Notes under the pieces: model-generated | Told to the model about the DNA's origin: nothing | Database searches by the model: none | Seen by the model: the letters and a program-made list of their open reading frames with translations, nothing else | Program-made: the position numbers and the translations under genes | Origin: Nitrososphaeraceae archaeon | GTDB taxonomy: Archaea; Thermoproteota; Nitrososphaeria; Nitrososphaerales; Nitrososphaeraceae | Direction: 5' to 3' | DNA length: 64,000 nt | NCBI GenBank assembly: GCA_035706205.1 | Contig: DASSVK010000054.1 | Location: forward strand, 15,839-79,838 | Shown here: piece after piece, positions 1 to 10,466 of the stretch | Layout of the letters: each line of letters starts with the position of its first letter | Position numbering within the stretch: position 1 is the stretch's first letter

Positions 1-258
1 ATCCTTTGGTGTGTCAAATTGATTCATTCCAAGGATCTCAAGAGAATCAAATTTTTCTTTAGCCTTTTCAATTTTTACCCCTAACATTTTGCAACCAGAA
101 ATAGTTGCTATTGTATCTCTACTAAGTAGCGGATTATGAATTATTGACTTTCCATCTGCAAGAGATGCAATGGTAATTGCTCTATGGGTATAACTTTTAC
201 TCGGAGGACATTTTATGTTACCATCAACAAATGATTTACTAATTTTTACATTAACCAA
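1..258 (-). CDS. aroA: 3-phosphoshikimate 1-carboxyvinyltransferase (EPSP synthase), 5' part only; runs off the window start
   Basis: Hand translation from TTG at 258: MVNVKISKSFVDGNIKCPPSKSYTHRAITIASLADGKSIIHNPLLSRDTIAT..., containing the EPSPS N-terminal motif PPSKSYTHRA. Overlaps the shikimate kinase stop codon. Confidence 0.93.
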   Translation of the reverse strand, partial: MVNVKISKSFVDGNIKCPPSKSYTHRAITIASLADGKSIIHNPLLSRDTIATISGCKMLGVKIEKAKEKFDSLEILGMNQFDTPKD

Positions 259-1105
259 TTATTTTTTCAACTCTTGCTTTGGTATTATTAATTTTACAAA
301 CTAATGTTTTTCCATATTTTGCTAGAATGCTTCTAATTGTATAGAGGTTCTTTTCTTCAGTAATTACAGCTATTGATGGTCCATTTCCAGAAATAGATGC
401 AGATAGAGCGCCATTTTCTATGGATAAAAGAATTGGACTATAATCATAAGCCATAACAGAAGATACTAAAAGTCCGTTTAGATTCATTGCAGTCCAGTAA
501 TCGGATTTTTCTGCTAATTCAAATGCTTTATTGAAAAATTCTGCTAAAATCTTTAATTTAAAAGGATTCTTTCTTTCTGAATTATTAGGTAAAAGAATAA
601 CTGATAATAAATTAACAGGACCATTTTCTCTTCTTATCAATTTATTAGAATGATTATCTGTTATTACGAAGCCACCAAAATAACATGCAGTTGAATCATC
701 GTAAGCACCAGTAATTGTTATTTTCGCCTTACGCGAGGCATTGACTGCTGTATCTAAAACCTTAAAATCATCTAAATTACCATCTAATAATCCATAACAA
801 GCTAATGATACTGCAGAAGAAACCGCACTAGAACTTTTCAATCCAAATCCAATTGGTATGTCAGAAGAGATAGATAAAGAAATATCATTTTCTCGAAGTA
901 TATTTTTAGGAATGATATTATGTATGATATAGTTAAATAATTCGCTATTTCTGTTATTATAAAGGATCTTACCTTCTCCTTTTTGCATATGAATTTCAGC
1001 GGTTGTTTTGAGTGAGACTCCAAGAGCTGAACCTTTACCAGTTGCAATAGCATTAACTATTGAAATAGCACCATGAACCGTAGCTCTTGTAAAAGTTGAG
1101 GTCAT
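251..1105 (-). CDS. aroK: Archaeal shikimate kinase (GHMP family)
   Basis: HGAISIVNAIATGKG N-terminus, GHMP motif PIGFGLKSSSA, ITGAYDD, SGNGPS; lies in the aro cluster. Confidence 0.95.
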   Translation of the reverse strand: MTSTFTRATVHGAISIVNAIATGKGSALGVSLKTTAEIHMQKGEGKILYNNRNSELFNYIIHNIIPKNILRENDISLSISSDIPIGFGLKSSSAVSSAVSLACYGLLDGNLDDFKVLDTAVNASRKAKITITGAYDDSTACYFGGFVITDNHSNKLIRRENGPVNLLSVILLPNNSERKNPFKLKILAEFFNKAFELAEKSDYWTAMNLNGLLVSSVMAYDYSPILLSIENGALSASISGNGPSIAVITEEKNLYTIRSILAKYGKTLVCKINNTKARVEKIIG

Positions 1106-1950
1106 CTTGGATCCCCAAATATTCCAAATAGAGCTTTTTTCATAGCATCAACAGGAGCATCTAAACCAGTCCAAATCTTAAATGCTTGTGCTCCTTGTGC
1201 AATAAGCATTTCATATCCAAATACAATTGTGGCATTTACCTTCTTAGCTTTCTTTAGAAAATCAGTATATACAGGTTTATAGACTATATCATAAAAAATA
1301 CTATTTGGTTTTATATACCTCTGATCTATTGGACTTGTTTCATCATTTAATCCAATTGGAGTGGCATTAATAATTAAATCGGACCGCAAAGTAAATGTAG
1401 AAAGATTATTGAAATTTTCACCATAACAATTTAATCCCAACTTTAATCCGTGTTGTACTAGCTTTAAAGCATTATCAGATGAGCGATTAACTACAATTAC
1501 TTCAGAAATTCCTTTTTCATATGAAAGAGCAGTCATAATTGCATAAGCTGCGCCTCCAGCACCAATTATTAAAACTTTAATTCCTTTGAAATTTACTCTT
1601 CTTTCATAGAGAGGTTGAATAAAACCATAAAGATCAGTATTATATCCAATCAAGATTCCTTCATCATTTCGCACAGTATTAACAGCATTTGTTTTGAAGG
1701 CTGTTAGATCTAATTTATCAAGATATTTTAAAATTGAAATTTTATGAGGTATAGTTACATTAAAACCTGCAATTCCAATCGACCTTAATGATTCTATAGA
1801 TGCTTTAAGATCTTCAGATGGTACACGAAATGAAAAATAGGAGCTTTTCATTCCAAGAGCGGAAAATGCAGAATTTTGCATTAAAGGAGACAATGAATGT
1901 TGTACGGGATCACCTATTATGCAATAAGTCTTAATTGGTGGCAATGACAT
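1102..1950 (-). CDS. aroE: Shikimate dehydrogenase
   Basis: IGDPVQHSLSP, GFNVTIPHK, AVNTV, GYNTD, GAGGAA, DIVY, GYEMLIAQ motifs. Confidence 0.96.
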   Translation of the reverse strand: MSLPPIKTYCIIGDPVQHSLSPLMQNSAFSALGMKSSYFSFRVPSEDLKASIESLRSIGIAGFNVTIPHKISILKYLDKLDLTAFKTNAVNTVRNDEGILIGYNTDLYGFIQPLYERRVNFKGIKVLIIGAGGAAYAIMTALSYEKGISEVIVVNRSSDNALKLVQHGLKLGLNCYGENFNNLSTFTLRSDLIINATPIGLNDETSPIDQRYIKPNSIFYDIVYKPVYTDFLKKAKKVNATIVFGYEMLIAQGAQAFKIWTGLDAPVDAMKKALFGIFGDPR

Positions 1951-2636
1951 TATCTAAAAAAATGTTGATTGATTCTTTCATATATTCTTCTCATTTCTAT
2001 GACAGATAATTGTCCTGATGCAATAGGTTTTTCCAATGAAGCATAAGTAAAAGGAGATTTTCCATAAATGGTACATAAAATTCTTGATATAATCCCATAA
2101 TCTCCCATTGCAAAAGTAATTAAGTTACTATTCTTGAATTTCTCGTATAAATTTAATAATCTAAAAGAATCAGTAACATTTTTTGCCATTGTGACCAATT
2201 TTATATTATTACTAAATTTCTTCATATCATTAATTTTTTTTTCTAAATATTCATCTGAAGGAGTATTAAAAAAATTATGCCATGAAATTAATACGTTAGA
2301 TTTATTCTGTAAATAATTGTTCAAAGAAGTATTGTTAATTATTGTATCATATTCTACATCTAATAACATAGGATGTACATCATATAACTTTTTAAGAAGT
2401 TCAATTCTATCAATTTCGTTTCCTCTAAATTCACCATGTTGTTTTAAAGGTCTTAATGTAAATACAGATCTTGATTTGACCAAGTCAGTAATCTTTATTG
2501 CAGAAGAGAAATCAGCTTGTTCTAAAAAATCAAATCTTATCTCTAAAAAATCGCTTAAATCTAATGCTTTTTTTATTGAAGAAGATAATTCTTTAATTGT
2601 TTTTGCACCAATTGAAACACAGATTCTTTCTTTCAA
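1950..2636 (-). CDS. aroD: Type I 3-dehydroquinate dehydratase
   Basis: EIRFD, FTLRP, DVE, SWHNF, KLV, AMG..G..SR, FTYAS, ASGQ motifs; coupled to aroE. Confidence 0.93.
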   Translation of the reverse strand: MKERICVSIGAKTIKELSSSIKKALDLSDFLEIRFDFLEQADFSSAIKITDLVKSRSVFTLRPLKQHGEFRGNEIDRIELLKKLYDVHPMLLDVEYDTIINNTSLNNYLQNKSNVLISWHNFFNTPSDEYLEKKINDMKKFSNNIKLVTMAKNVTDSFRLLNLYEKFKNSNLITFAMGDYGIISRILCTIYGKSPFTYASLEKPIASGQLSVIEMRRIYERINQHFFR

Positions 2637-2785
2637 ATTAAAATTACTTATTATATTATTATTTTACTGGATATTAATTTTTAAATTTTAAATATTAATA
2701 GGGCTTTTATTAAAAAATTCAAATAACTTAATTTAATTAATAATTATTCTAAAAGAAAATATATTCATAGCTAGAAAATAATATA

Positions 2786-3676
2786 CTAACTATGATGAGA
2801 CGGAATCTTCTTCCAATTTGCAATTAATGCTTCTGCCCTAATATGTATTGGCTCACTTAATCGCGACCGAGCCAATTTAACATATTCATTGATTATATCT
2901 ACTCCTATAAATCGGCGCTGTAAATGCAAAGCAATTTTTGTAGTTTGACCACTACCATTAAATGGATCCAGAATTATATCTCCCTCATAAGAATATAGTT
3001 TCATCAATCTATATGGTATTTCTTCAGGAAAAGGACAAGGATGTTCAATATATCCTGGAGGAATAGGAGCTATATGCCACACTGAATTTGCAATTTCCTT
3101 TGTCCATTCCTCATGTGTAGCAGGTAATGTTTCTTTCCTTTCTGTTCTTCCGCTATTAACATTACCTTTTCTAAGGACTAAAATTAGTTCATGCATTATA
3201 TTTGCTCTATAATATTTTGGATAGGGATTAATAACAAAGGAACCATATCTATTAGTTCCTCCAGTAACTTTGTGCCAAATGATTTCTTCATGAAGATTCC
3301 ATTTGCCAAATGGTTCAACTAATTGTGATAACAACATATGTGGAAGTGGTAATAATGTACCATTTACAACTTCATTAGCTATAACTATACAACAATATCC
3401 ACCATCTTTGGTTGCATTGTATATTTTATCATTAAAGATATCAATCATTTCATCTAGATATTCTTTTGTATTGACATTTAATTTTCCTCTATAATAAGAT
3501 CCATTTTTAGATATATGTGCATTATAATCAATTGCATTTCGATAAGGGGGGGAAGTTATGGTTAATTGTATGGAACGATTAGGAATTTTAGAAATGATTT
3601 CTTTGCAATCGCCAGATAAAATTTTATCTACATAGCTATGCTTTACCTGCATAATAGAACATAATTTTTGAATCAA
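2786..3676 (-). CDS. Site-specific DNA amino-methyltransferase (N4-C or N6-A), beta class
   Basis: Motif IV TSPPY near the N-terminus, HPCPFPEE, motif I DPFNGSGQT near the C-terminus (beta-class order). The true start may be the ATG of MQVKH. Confidence 0.9.
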   Translation of the reverse strand: MIQKLCSIMQVKHSYVDKILSGDCKEIISKIPNRSIQLTITSPPYRNAIDYNAHISKNGSYYRGKLNVNTKEYLDEMIDIFNDKIYNATKDGGYCCIVIANEVVNGTLLPLPHMLLSQLVEPFGKWNLHEEIIWHKVTGGTNRYGSFVINPYPKYYRANIMHELILVLRKGNVNSGRTERKETLPATHEEWTKEIANSVWHIAPIPPGYIEHPCPFPEEIPYRLMKLYSYEGDIILDPFNGSGQTTKIALHLQRRFIGVDIINEYVKLARSRLSEPIHIRAEALIANWKKIPSHHS

Positions 3677-3808
3677 TATTCACCATGCTTTAAAATAATC
3701 GACAATATGATAAAGAAATTTTGAATCACAAATGTATAATATACATATATCATAAAATAAATTAAACAATTTGAAATAACCATTTGGATCTAATTAGAAA
3801 TAGAATTA

Positions 3809-4873
3809 TTATTTTTCAAGAATATATTCTTGTACCTCTACTCCAAAATGTCTTCCACTAGCTCGTATAAAGTATGCCAAAATTTTATCACCCGGTTTAA
3901 GGTAAGTAACTGGCACCAATTCTCCATTGTCACGAATTAACTGAATTGTTTCTGCATTTTGTACTATAACAGTTCCTTCCATATTGTCAGCAACTGCCCT
4001 AATTAATTTTAATGGCCTAGTTTCTATTTTTGATCTTCCTACAGATACAACTCTAGAATTGCCATCTTTATTTACAATAATTATTTCAGCTCCAGATTCT
4101 AATTCAGATAAATATTTGGTTTTCCCATCCGGAAGAACAGTATAACAATATACAGCTCCAGCATTAACTCTAAAAGGGCGTGGTGAAGTAAAAGATGAAC
4201 CAGATGATTCATTGTGTAAAAGAAATAGAAAATTAGACTTACTTCCCACTAACATACCTTCTCCTGTTTCAAGCATTGAGACAGTATCGACACACACTCT
4301 TTCTCCTATTCCAACATCTTTAACATCTACAATTTCGCAGGCTTTTATTTCAAATTTTTTATTCTTTAAATATTTTTTAGATTCTTCTATTTCTTTATTA
4401 TTTGCGGTTGACAGTATAACACCATCAACTCCTAATTCTAACACGGTAAACATAGTTCTTACTTCCTCTGAATTTTTAGCAGTAGTATAGATCCTCGTTT
4501 TAGTATTTTGTAGATTAGCAATTATATTTTCTAATGGAATTATTTTCCAGTTAGCAGCATCTACTATAATATAATTTGCACCTTTATAGATTGCATTTTC
4601 TATATCAGAAATATCTTCATTTGATAGAACTTTCTTATAATATGCCAAGGATTTACCTTTTGTTTTATTTTTGATTAAATCTTCTATCGATTTGCAAATA
4701 ATAATATCAGCAAGTTCAGATTCATAAATTATTTTAAAATTTTTTTTTCTTTTTATTTTTGTAGGGTCTATGAATAATGTATTAATCTCCTTTAACTCGT
4801 CTAAAAATAATTCTAAATTAGGAATTGTAGAAGGTGGAGCAATAATTAATTCTTTATTTCTTTCTTTTTCCAA
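3809..4873 (-). CDS. aroB': 3-dehydroquinate synthase II (archaeal AroB')
   Basis: W.IIPLEN, LELGVDGV, G.GERVCVDT, GEGMLVGS, RPFRVNAG, KIETRPL, QNAETI motifs. Confidence 0.95.
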   Translation of the reverse strand: MEKERNKELIIAPPSTIPNLELFLDELKEINTLFIDPTKIKRKKNFKIIYESELADIIICKSIEDLIKNKTKGKSLAYYKKVLSNEDISDIENAIYKGANYIIVDAANWKIIPLENIIANLQNTKTRIYTTAKNSEEVRTMFTVLELGVDGVILSTANNKEIEESKKYLKNKKFEIKACEIVDVKDVGIGERVCVDTVSMLETGEGMLVGSKSNFLFLLHNESSGSSFTSPRPFRVNAGAVYCYTVLPDGKTKYLSELESGAEIIIVNKDGNSRVVSVGRSKIETRPLKLIRAVADNMEGTVIVQNAETIQLIRDNGELVPVTYLKPGDKILAYFIRASGRHFGVEVQEYILEK

Positions 4874-5648
4874 AGGTTTTCAAAACCTCATTATAGTTTT
4901 TTCCATCTATAATTATTTCAGATAATGCTTTTACAAGTAAAGAAGGATTATTATGTTGAAAAATATTCCTTCCAAAAGTAACACCTTTAGCACCCGCTTT
5001 GATAGCATTTGAGCACATTTCTAAAACATCAGCGTCTGTTTTAGATTTTGGGCCACCTGCAATGACAACTGGTACTGGACAATATTTTACTACTGATTTA
5101 AAAGAATCTAAATCCCCAGTATAAACAGATTTGACTATATCAGCGCCTGCTTCCGCACCTATTCTGGTAACATGGGCTACAATTTCTGGATCATATGGAT
5201 TTTTTATGTTTTCTCCTCTTGGATACATCATAGCTAGTAAGGGCACATTCCATTCGTCACATTCATCAGAGATCATTCCTAAAATTTCTAACATTTCCGG
5301 CTCTTCTTTGGCACCTATATTTACATGGACAGAAACAGCATCGGATCCATGTCTAACAGCATCAGCAACACTACCCATAAGAACTTTTTTATTTGGATAA
5401 GGACTTAAAGAAGTACTAGCAGATACGTGTGTTATCAATCCGATATTAGTAGTCTTTGGCATAGACTTTATTATCCCTTTGTTAATAATTACAGACGTTA
5501 ATCCAGAATTTTCGCATTGATATATCATTTCATGAGTATTTTCTAATCCTTTTATCGGTCCGTTAGTTATCCCATGATCCATCGGAATACAAACCATTTT
5601 GCCTTTTTTTGTAATTCTGTTTAACCTAATGTCTCTACCTGAGACCAT
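4854..5648 (-). CDS. aroA': 2-amino-3,7-dideoxy-D-threo-hept-6-ulosonate (ADH) synthase, class I aldolase
   Basis: PMDHG, AMMYPRG, GADIVK (Schiff-base Lys), AGGPK, FGRNIFQ; directly upstream of aroB'. Confidence 0.92.
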   Translation of the reverse strand: MVSGRDIRLNRITKKGKMVCIPMDHGITNGPIKGLENTHEMIYQCENSGLTSVIINKGIIKSMPKTTNIGLITHVSASTSLSPYPNKKVLMGSVADAVRHGSDAVSVHVNIGAKEEPEMLEILGMISDECDEWNVPLLAMMYPRGENIKNPYDPEIVAHVTRIGAEAGADIVKSVYTGDLDSFKSVVKYCPVPVVIAGGPKSKTDADVLEMCSNAIKAGAKGVTFGRNIFQHNNPSLLVKALSEIIIDGKNYNEVLKTFGKRKK

Positions 5649-5749
5649 AGAGATGAAGGATATTTGTCCTACTTAAAAGTGATCTGCTATCTAGCGAAAA
5701 ACATTACTAAATAAACAAGTAAATAAAAATAATTAGATCTAATTTATAA

Positions 5750-6514
5750 TTAAGATATTATACAAATTTTTGGCAATGTTATTTTATGTTTATTCTTTGA
5801 TAAGAGATGTTTTACAAATAGTATATCATTCTTATCAATTCCTTTTTTTAATAGATACTTATTTGTATTTTCAGAAATGTTTTCAGCTAAATTTTTCAAA
5901 ATAGTATCAATTTTTTCATAGTTCATTCCAATTTCATCTTCTGCTGTTTGGTCTTTCCATAAAGAAGGACTACTTTTTTTTAGCAATATTTTTTTTGGAA
6001 GGTTTAGATATTTAGCTAATTTTCTTAATTCAGTTTTGTAAATGTCTGCTAATGGAAGAATATCTGCTGCACCATCTCCAAATTTAGTAAAATATCCTAT
6101 CATTAGTTCACTTTTATCCGAAGTACCTAGAACTAATTTATGCTCAATATTTGCATAGTAATAAATAAAATTCATACGAATTCTAGCAGTAAGATTACCT
6201 ATAGATATTTTTTCTTTAGGCAATCTATCTATATACTTCTGTTTTATTTCAGTAATGTCTATTATATGGTAGTTTATACCTACTTTTTGGGATAATTCAA
6301 TAGCATCATCTATATCATTCTGTTGCGAGACTTTTTTATCTGGAAGAATTAAACCTAATACTCTAGTATTGCCCAATGCTTTAGTAGCTAAATATAAGGC
6401 AACAGAGGAGTCGATTCCACCACTTAATCCCAATACGACTCCCTGAGAATTGGCTGTTGTAACTTCATTTCGAATAAAATCAATAATACAATTTGTAATA
6501 TGTAATAGCTTCAA
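5750..6514 (-). CDS. nadE: NH3-dependent NAD+ synthetase
   Basis: LGLSGGIDS PP-loop, NLTARIRM, GTSDKSE...GYFTKFGDG, SSPSLW..QTAE; no glutaminase domain. Confidence 0.95.
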   Translation of the reverse strand: MKLLHITNCIIDFIRNEVTTANSQGVVLGLSGGIDSSVALYLATKALGNTRVLGLILPDKKVSQQNDIDDAIELSQKVGINYHIIDITEIKQKYIDRLPKEKISIGNLTARIRMNFIYYYANIEHKLVLGTSDKSELMIGYFTKFGDGAADILPLADIYKTELRKLAKYLNLPKKILLKKSSPSLWKDQTAEDEIGMNYEKIDTILKNLAENISENTNKYLLKKGIDKNDILFVKHLLSKNKHKITLPKICIIS

Positions 6515-6777
6515 TATTTGCCACTCTTATTAATTAAATATTACTATTAAATCGATCTTTTTTATATGAATTGATGACTATCTACAATTATAATAAGATT
6601 TACAAGTAATCAATGAGTAAAATCTATTATGAAAAACTATATTTCTTTATTTTTTTAAAACAAAAACTTGGTTAGTGTTAAATTTTAAACTATATAAAAG
6701 TTGTTAGTTTATTATGCATATATAAGATATAAAACTTTCAAAAAAAATTTTATTAGTAGCAGATTTAGTAAAATGTA

Positions 6778-7839
6778 TTGTCTCCTTTAGAGATTAGTAC
6801 TTATGACAAAGCAGGCGTTAATATTAAAAAAATTCGATCTACGCAAAAAAATATTGGAAAAATGATTTCTGAATCATATTCTTTTCAAGAAATAGGAAAA
6901 ATTGTTTCTGGATTTGGTCATTATTCTGGTTTAATAAATATTGGAAATCATACCTTAGCATTACATACCGACGGCGTTGGAACTAAAGTTCTTGTTGCAC
7001 AACAAATGAAATGTTTTGATACAATAGGCATAGACTGTATAGCTATGAATGTTAACGATATTATTTGTACGGCAGCAGAACCATTTGCATTTGTAGATTA
7101 TATCGGTTTAAAAAAAATCGATGATGAATTGATAAAAAAAATTATGAAAGGTTTAATTGCAGGTGCAAAAATTGCCAAAACAGCAATTGTAGGAGGAGAA
7201 ACTGCTGTTATACCTGAAATATTAGCAGGCAACAATGATCAAATGTTTGACCTTGCTGGTACTGCTATAGGAATTAGACAAGATAAGAGGTTAATTCTTG
7301 GAAACAATATCAAAATAGGTGATATTATATTGGGATTAGAAAGTAGTGGTTTGCATTCAAATGGATATACATTAGCAAGAAAAGTATTATCAAAATATCC
7401 AATAGATGAAATTCCACAATTTTTAACCCAATCGGTTGGAGAAGAATTACTTATTCCAACTAAAATCTATGTACAGCCAATAATGGAATTAATAAGAGAT
7501 AGGAAAGTGACAGTCCATGGCTTGGCACATATAACAGGAGGATCATTTACAAAATTAAAGCGTTTAAATAATAAAGTAAGATACAATCTTTACAATTTAT
7601 TGCCTCCTTTTGGAATATTCAAGCAAATTCAAAAAGATGGTAATATAGATGTTAAAGAGATGTACAGAACTTTTAATATGGGAATAGGCTTTTGTATAAT
7701 ATTACCAAAAGCTAATGTTGACAAGACAATTAGTATAATAGAAAAGAACAAAATAAAAGTTTATCAAATAGGAGAAGTAGATTCAAAAGGTAACGGAAAC
7801 GTAATTGGGAAGATAGGAAATAAGAAATACAGATTGTAA
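6778..7839 (+). CDS. purM: Phosphoribosylformylglycinamidine cyclo-ligase (AIR synthetase)
   Basis: TYDKAGV, TDGVGTK, DCIAMNVND, VGGETA, SSGLHSNGY, HITGG, EMYRTFNMG. Confidence 0.96.
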   Translation: MSPLEISTYDKAGVNIKKIRSTQKNIGKMISESYSFQEIGKIVSGFGHYSGLINIGNHTLALHTDGVGTKVLVAQQMKCFDTIGIDCIAMNVNDIICTAAEPFAFVDYIGLKKIDDELIKKIMKGLIAGAKIAKTAIVGGETAVIPEILAGNNDQMFDLAGTAIGIRQDKRLILGNNIKIGDIILGLESSGLHSNGYTLARKVLSKYPIDEIPQFLTQSVGEELLIPTKIYVQPIMELIRDRKVTVHGLAHITGGSFTKLKRLNNKVRYNLYNLLPPFGIFKQIQKDGNIDVKEMYRTFNMGIGFCIILPKANVDKTISIIEKNKIKVYQIGEVDSKGNGNVIGKIGNKKYRL

Positions 7840-8108
7840 AATCCTATAGAATGAAGATCACTAAATCTATTCCACCTAATCTAATAATAAATGAAAATTA
7901 GATTATAAATATATGTAAAGGTTCACCTGGAAGACTAAATTATTATGAGTTAGTGAATATAATCTAATGATAATAAATACTATTATGATATCAGTCTATT
8001 ATTAAAGTTACCACTATTATTATAAGAAGAACTATTTGACATAATCAAATTTTATAAATCTTAAAATTATTTTTATTTAAAAAATAAATAACTATCAAAA
8101 ACATAGAG

Positions 8109-9719
8109 TTATAGATACTTTTCAATTATTTCACATGCTCTATTAATTCCTAGATCAACTAGATAATTTCCAAGTTTTGGTCCTCGATCTGAATTGATTA
8201 GTATTTTGTAAAGTAATCTGAAAAAGTCTTTTGGTTGTATTTCATATTTTTTCGAAGTTTCATAAATTAACGTTTGTATATAATTTGATATATCATCAGA
8301 TTCCTGTTCTTTATATGCCTTTAAATATGAAACTAATTCTCTTAATGCTTCGTTATATCTTTTATCCAAAGTTAAATCATATTTATCTTCGTTTACCAAA
8401 ATATCATCTGTCCAGTTAGAAGCTAGCTCGATTTTCTTTAGTATATCTCTTGTTTTATCACGGACTAGCCCATATTTTTTAAGTCTTTCAAATACCTTAT
8501 CTATACGTTCTTTTCCTTCAAAAAGAGAGGTTTGTTGGGCAATTAATCTATATGGAACATGATGATAACTATTAGTTGGTGGATTGAGATGATTAACATA
8601 TTCATAAATTCCCCGCAATTTGACCAATTTTGATTGATTGCTTTCTTTGATTTTACCAAAATACACATCTTCATATAGATCGTATTCATCCATCAATGAA
8701 GGAATATCATCTATTCCTATATGCCGTGTTCCAGTTATTCTTTTGAAGAGTAATAAAAGAATAGATTGAGGTGTACCATATTTCATCCACATTTGAGGAG
8801 TTAATACATTTCCAGCAGATTTACTAATTTTTTTCCCTCCCTTATCTAAAAACATTTCATATTTTATATGCAAAGGATGAGGAAATTTTAATATTTCTTC
8901 GCATACCCAATCATTAATTTTTACAGAATCCATAATATCTTTTCCATATGCTTCAAAGCGGATATCTAATATTTTCCATCGTGCTGCAAATTCAACCTTC
9001 CAAGCTAGTTTTCCTTCATCCTTCCCAATATGTGCTTCTCCCTTATAACCACAACCTTTAATTTCTCTATTTCCTATTTTACTTCCAGAACATTCATATA
9101 ATACTTTCTTTTCGGTAGTCAAATATTCTTTTGCATGTGCTACATAGAGTTTTCCACATTCTTTACATATTGGAAAATAAGGTAATACATTTAGGAACTT
9201 ATCTTGACCAACAAATTCAGAAATTTTCTGTCCCAGATACTCACTCTTTGTAAGAATTTGATCAATTGCATCAATCAGTATACCACTTTTATAGACTTCT
9301 CTAGCACTCTTAAAAATATATTTAATATCTGTTTTATCTAATCCATCAAGAAGTAAGCTACTCATATGAGATCCATATGAACTATGACAATCACCAAATG
9401 GGTCAGGAATATTAGAGACAGGTCTAGCTATATGATCTTGTAGCCATGAAGGGAAGCTTGTAGGAATCTTTCTTAAACCATCCATATCATCAGAATACGC
9501 AATCAATTCAGAATTATATCCCTGATATTTAAGAGATAATCCAATCCCATAGGCACGAACTGCATCTCCCATACTGCCTATATGAGGAATTCCCGAAGCT
9601 CCTAATCCACTTTCTACTCTAATAATATCAAGATTACGATTTAGTTTTTTTTCTCTCAAAATAATGGTATTTGCTACTTTATCTATCCAGGTCCCTTTTC
9701 CAATAATTTTTTCTATCAT
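8109..9719 (-). CDS. lysS: Class I lysine-tRNA ligase
   Basis: GASGIPHIG (HIGH-like), DGLRK, CKEC/CGYKG Zn sites, WKVEFAARW, KISKSAGN (KMSKS-like), GPKLG. Confidence 0.96.
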   Translation of the reverse strand: MIEKIIGKGTWIDKVANTIILREKKLNRNLDIIRVESGLGASGIPHIGSMGDAVRAYGIGLSLKYQGYNSELIAYSDDMDGLRKIPTSFPSWLQDHIARPVSNIPDPFGDCHSSYGSHMSSLLLDGLDKTDIKYIFKSAREVYKSGILIDAIDQILTKSEYLGQKISEFVGQDKFLNVLPYFPICKECGKLYVAHAKEYLTTEKKVLYECSGSKIGNREIKGCGYKGEAHIGKDEGKLAWKVEFAARWKILDIRFEAYGKDIMDSVKINDWVCEEILKFPHPLHIKYEMFLDKGGKKISKSAGNVLTPQMWMKYGTPQSILLLLFKRITGTRHIGIDDIPSLMDEYDLYEDVYFGKIKESNQSKLVKLRGIYEYVNHLNPPTNSYHHVPYRLIAQQTSLFEGKERIDKVFERLKKYGLVRDKTRDILKKIELASNWTDDILVNEDKYDLTLDKRYNEALRELVSYLKAYKEQESDDISNYIQTLIYETSKKYEIQPKDFFRLLYKILINSDRGPKLGNYLVDLGINRACEIIEKYL

Positions 9720-10466
9720 TATTACTTACAAATCCTACAGTTAAAGTCATTATATGCTTTTTACATATACAATAATTAACATTTCTTTTCTACCTTATTA
9801 TTTATATAAATTTAAATGTATTTTATTATAGAAGATTATGATATTTTTTTGAAATTATAAACTAGACTTCGTACACCTCGACAATGAAAGAATTCTACAA
9901 ATATAAAAACTAGTTAATATGGATAAATTAGAATTGTATTAATATCAGTTAAAGTGGATTTAAAATATATCCTTTTTGAAATCAAGATTTAATATCAAGA
10001 CACTCTTGTCACATCATAAGTTATAAATGTCAAGAGAGATCAATCTTATTATCTTGGGCAATAATTTCACTATAGTAATAAAATACTATTATAATTCATA
10101 AGCATAAAGATTTTATTAATTAATTTTTTTATCATTTTGTTAGCAAATAATTTTACGTTTTATAATATTAATCAATCAGATACTTTTATGTTAGTATTAG
10201 CTTTGGCTCAAATATTAAAAGTGAATCTGAATGACTCCTTATTAAATTGAAAAGAAATTTTTTTGAAGTTGATTCAACATATAGGTAAACTCTAAAATGA
10301 ATCTTTCAGTATGTAACACCGATTAGTCTCATTAGTTTTAATTTCCCCAATTTGAAGAACCTTTTACTTTACAAATACATCTTTTTCAATAAGCCTTTTT
10401 CATTAAATATTTAGGTTTTTTTACATTAAATCCTTAAACTTGATTTTCACTATAGTATATTTATTA

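Noticed and set aside
10172-10387. Protein-like minus-strand frame in the elp3-lysS spacer (EKDVFVK*KVLQIGEIK...)
   Set aside because: Five stops in 72 codons is about what AT-rich random DNA gives, and no family is recognisable, so it cannot be called a pseudogene.
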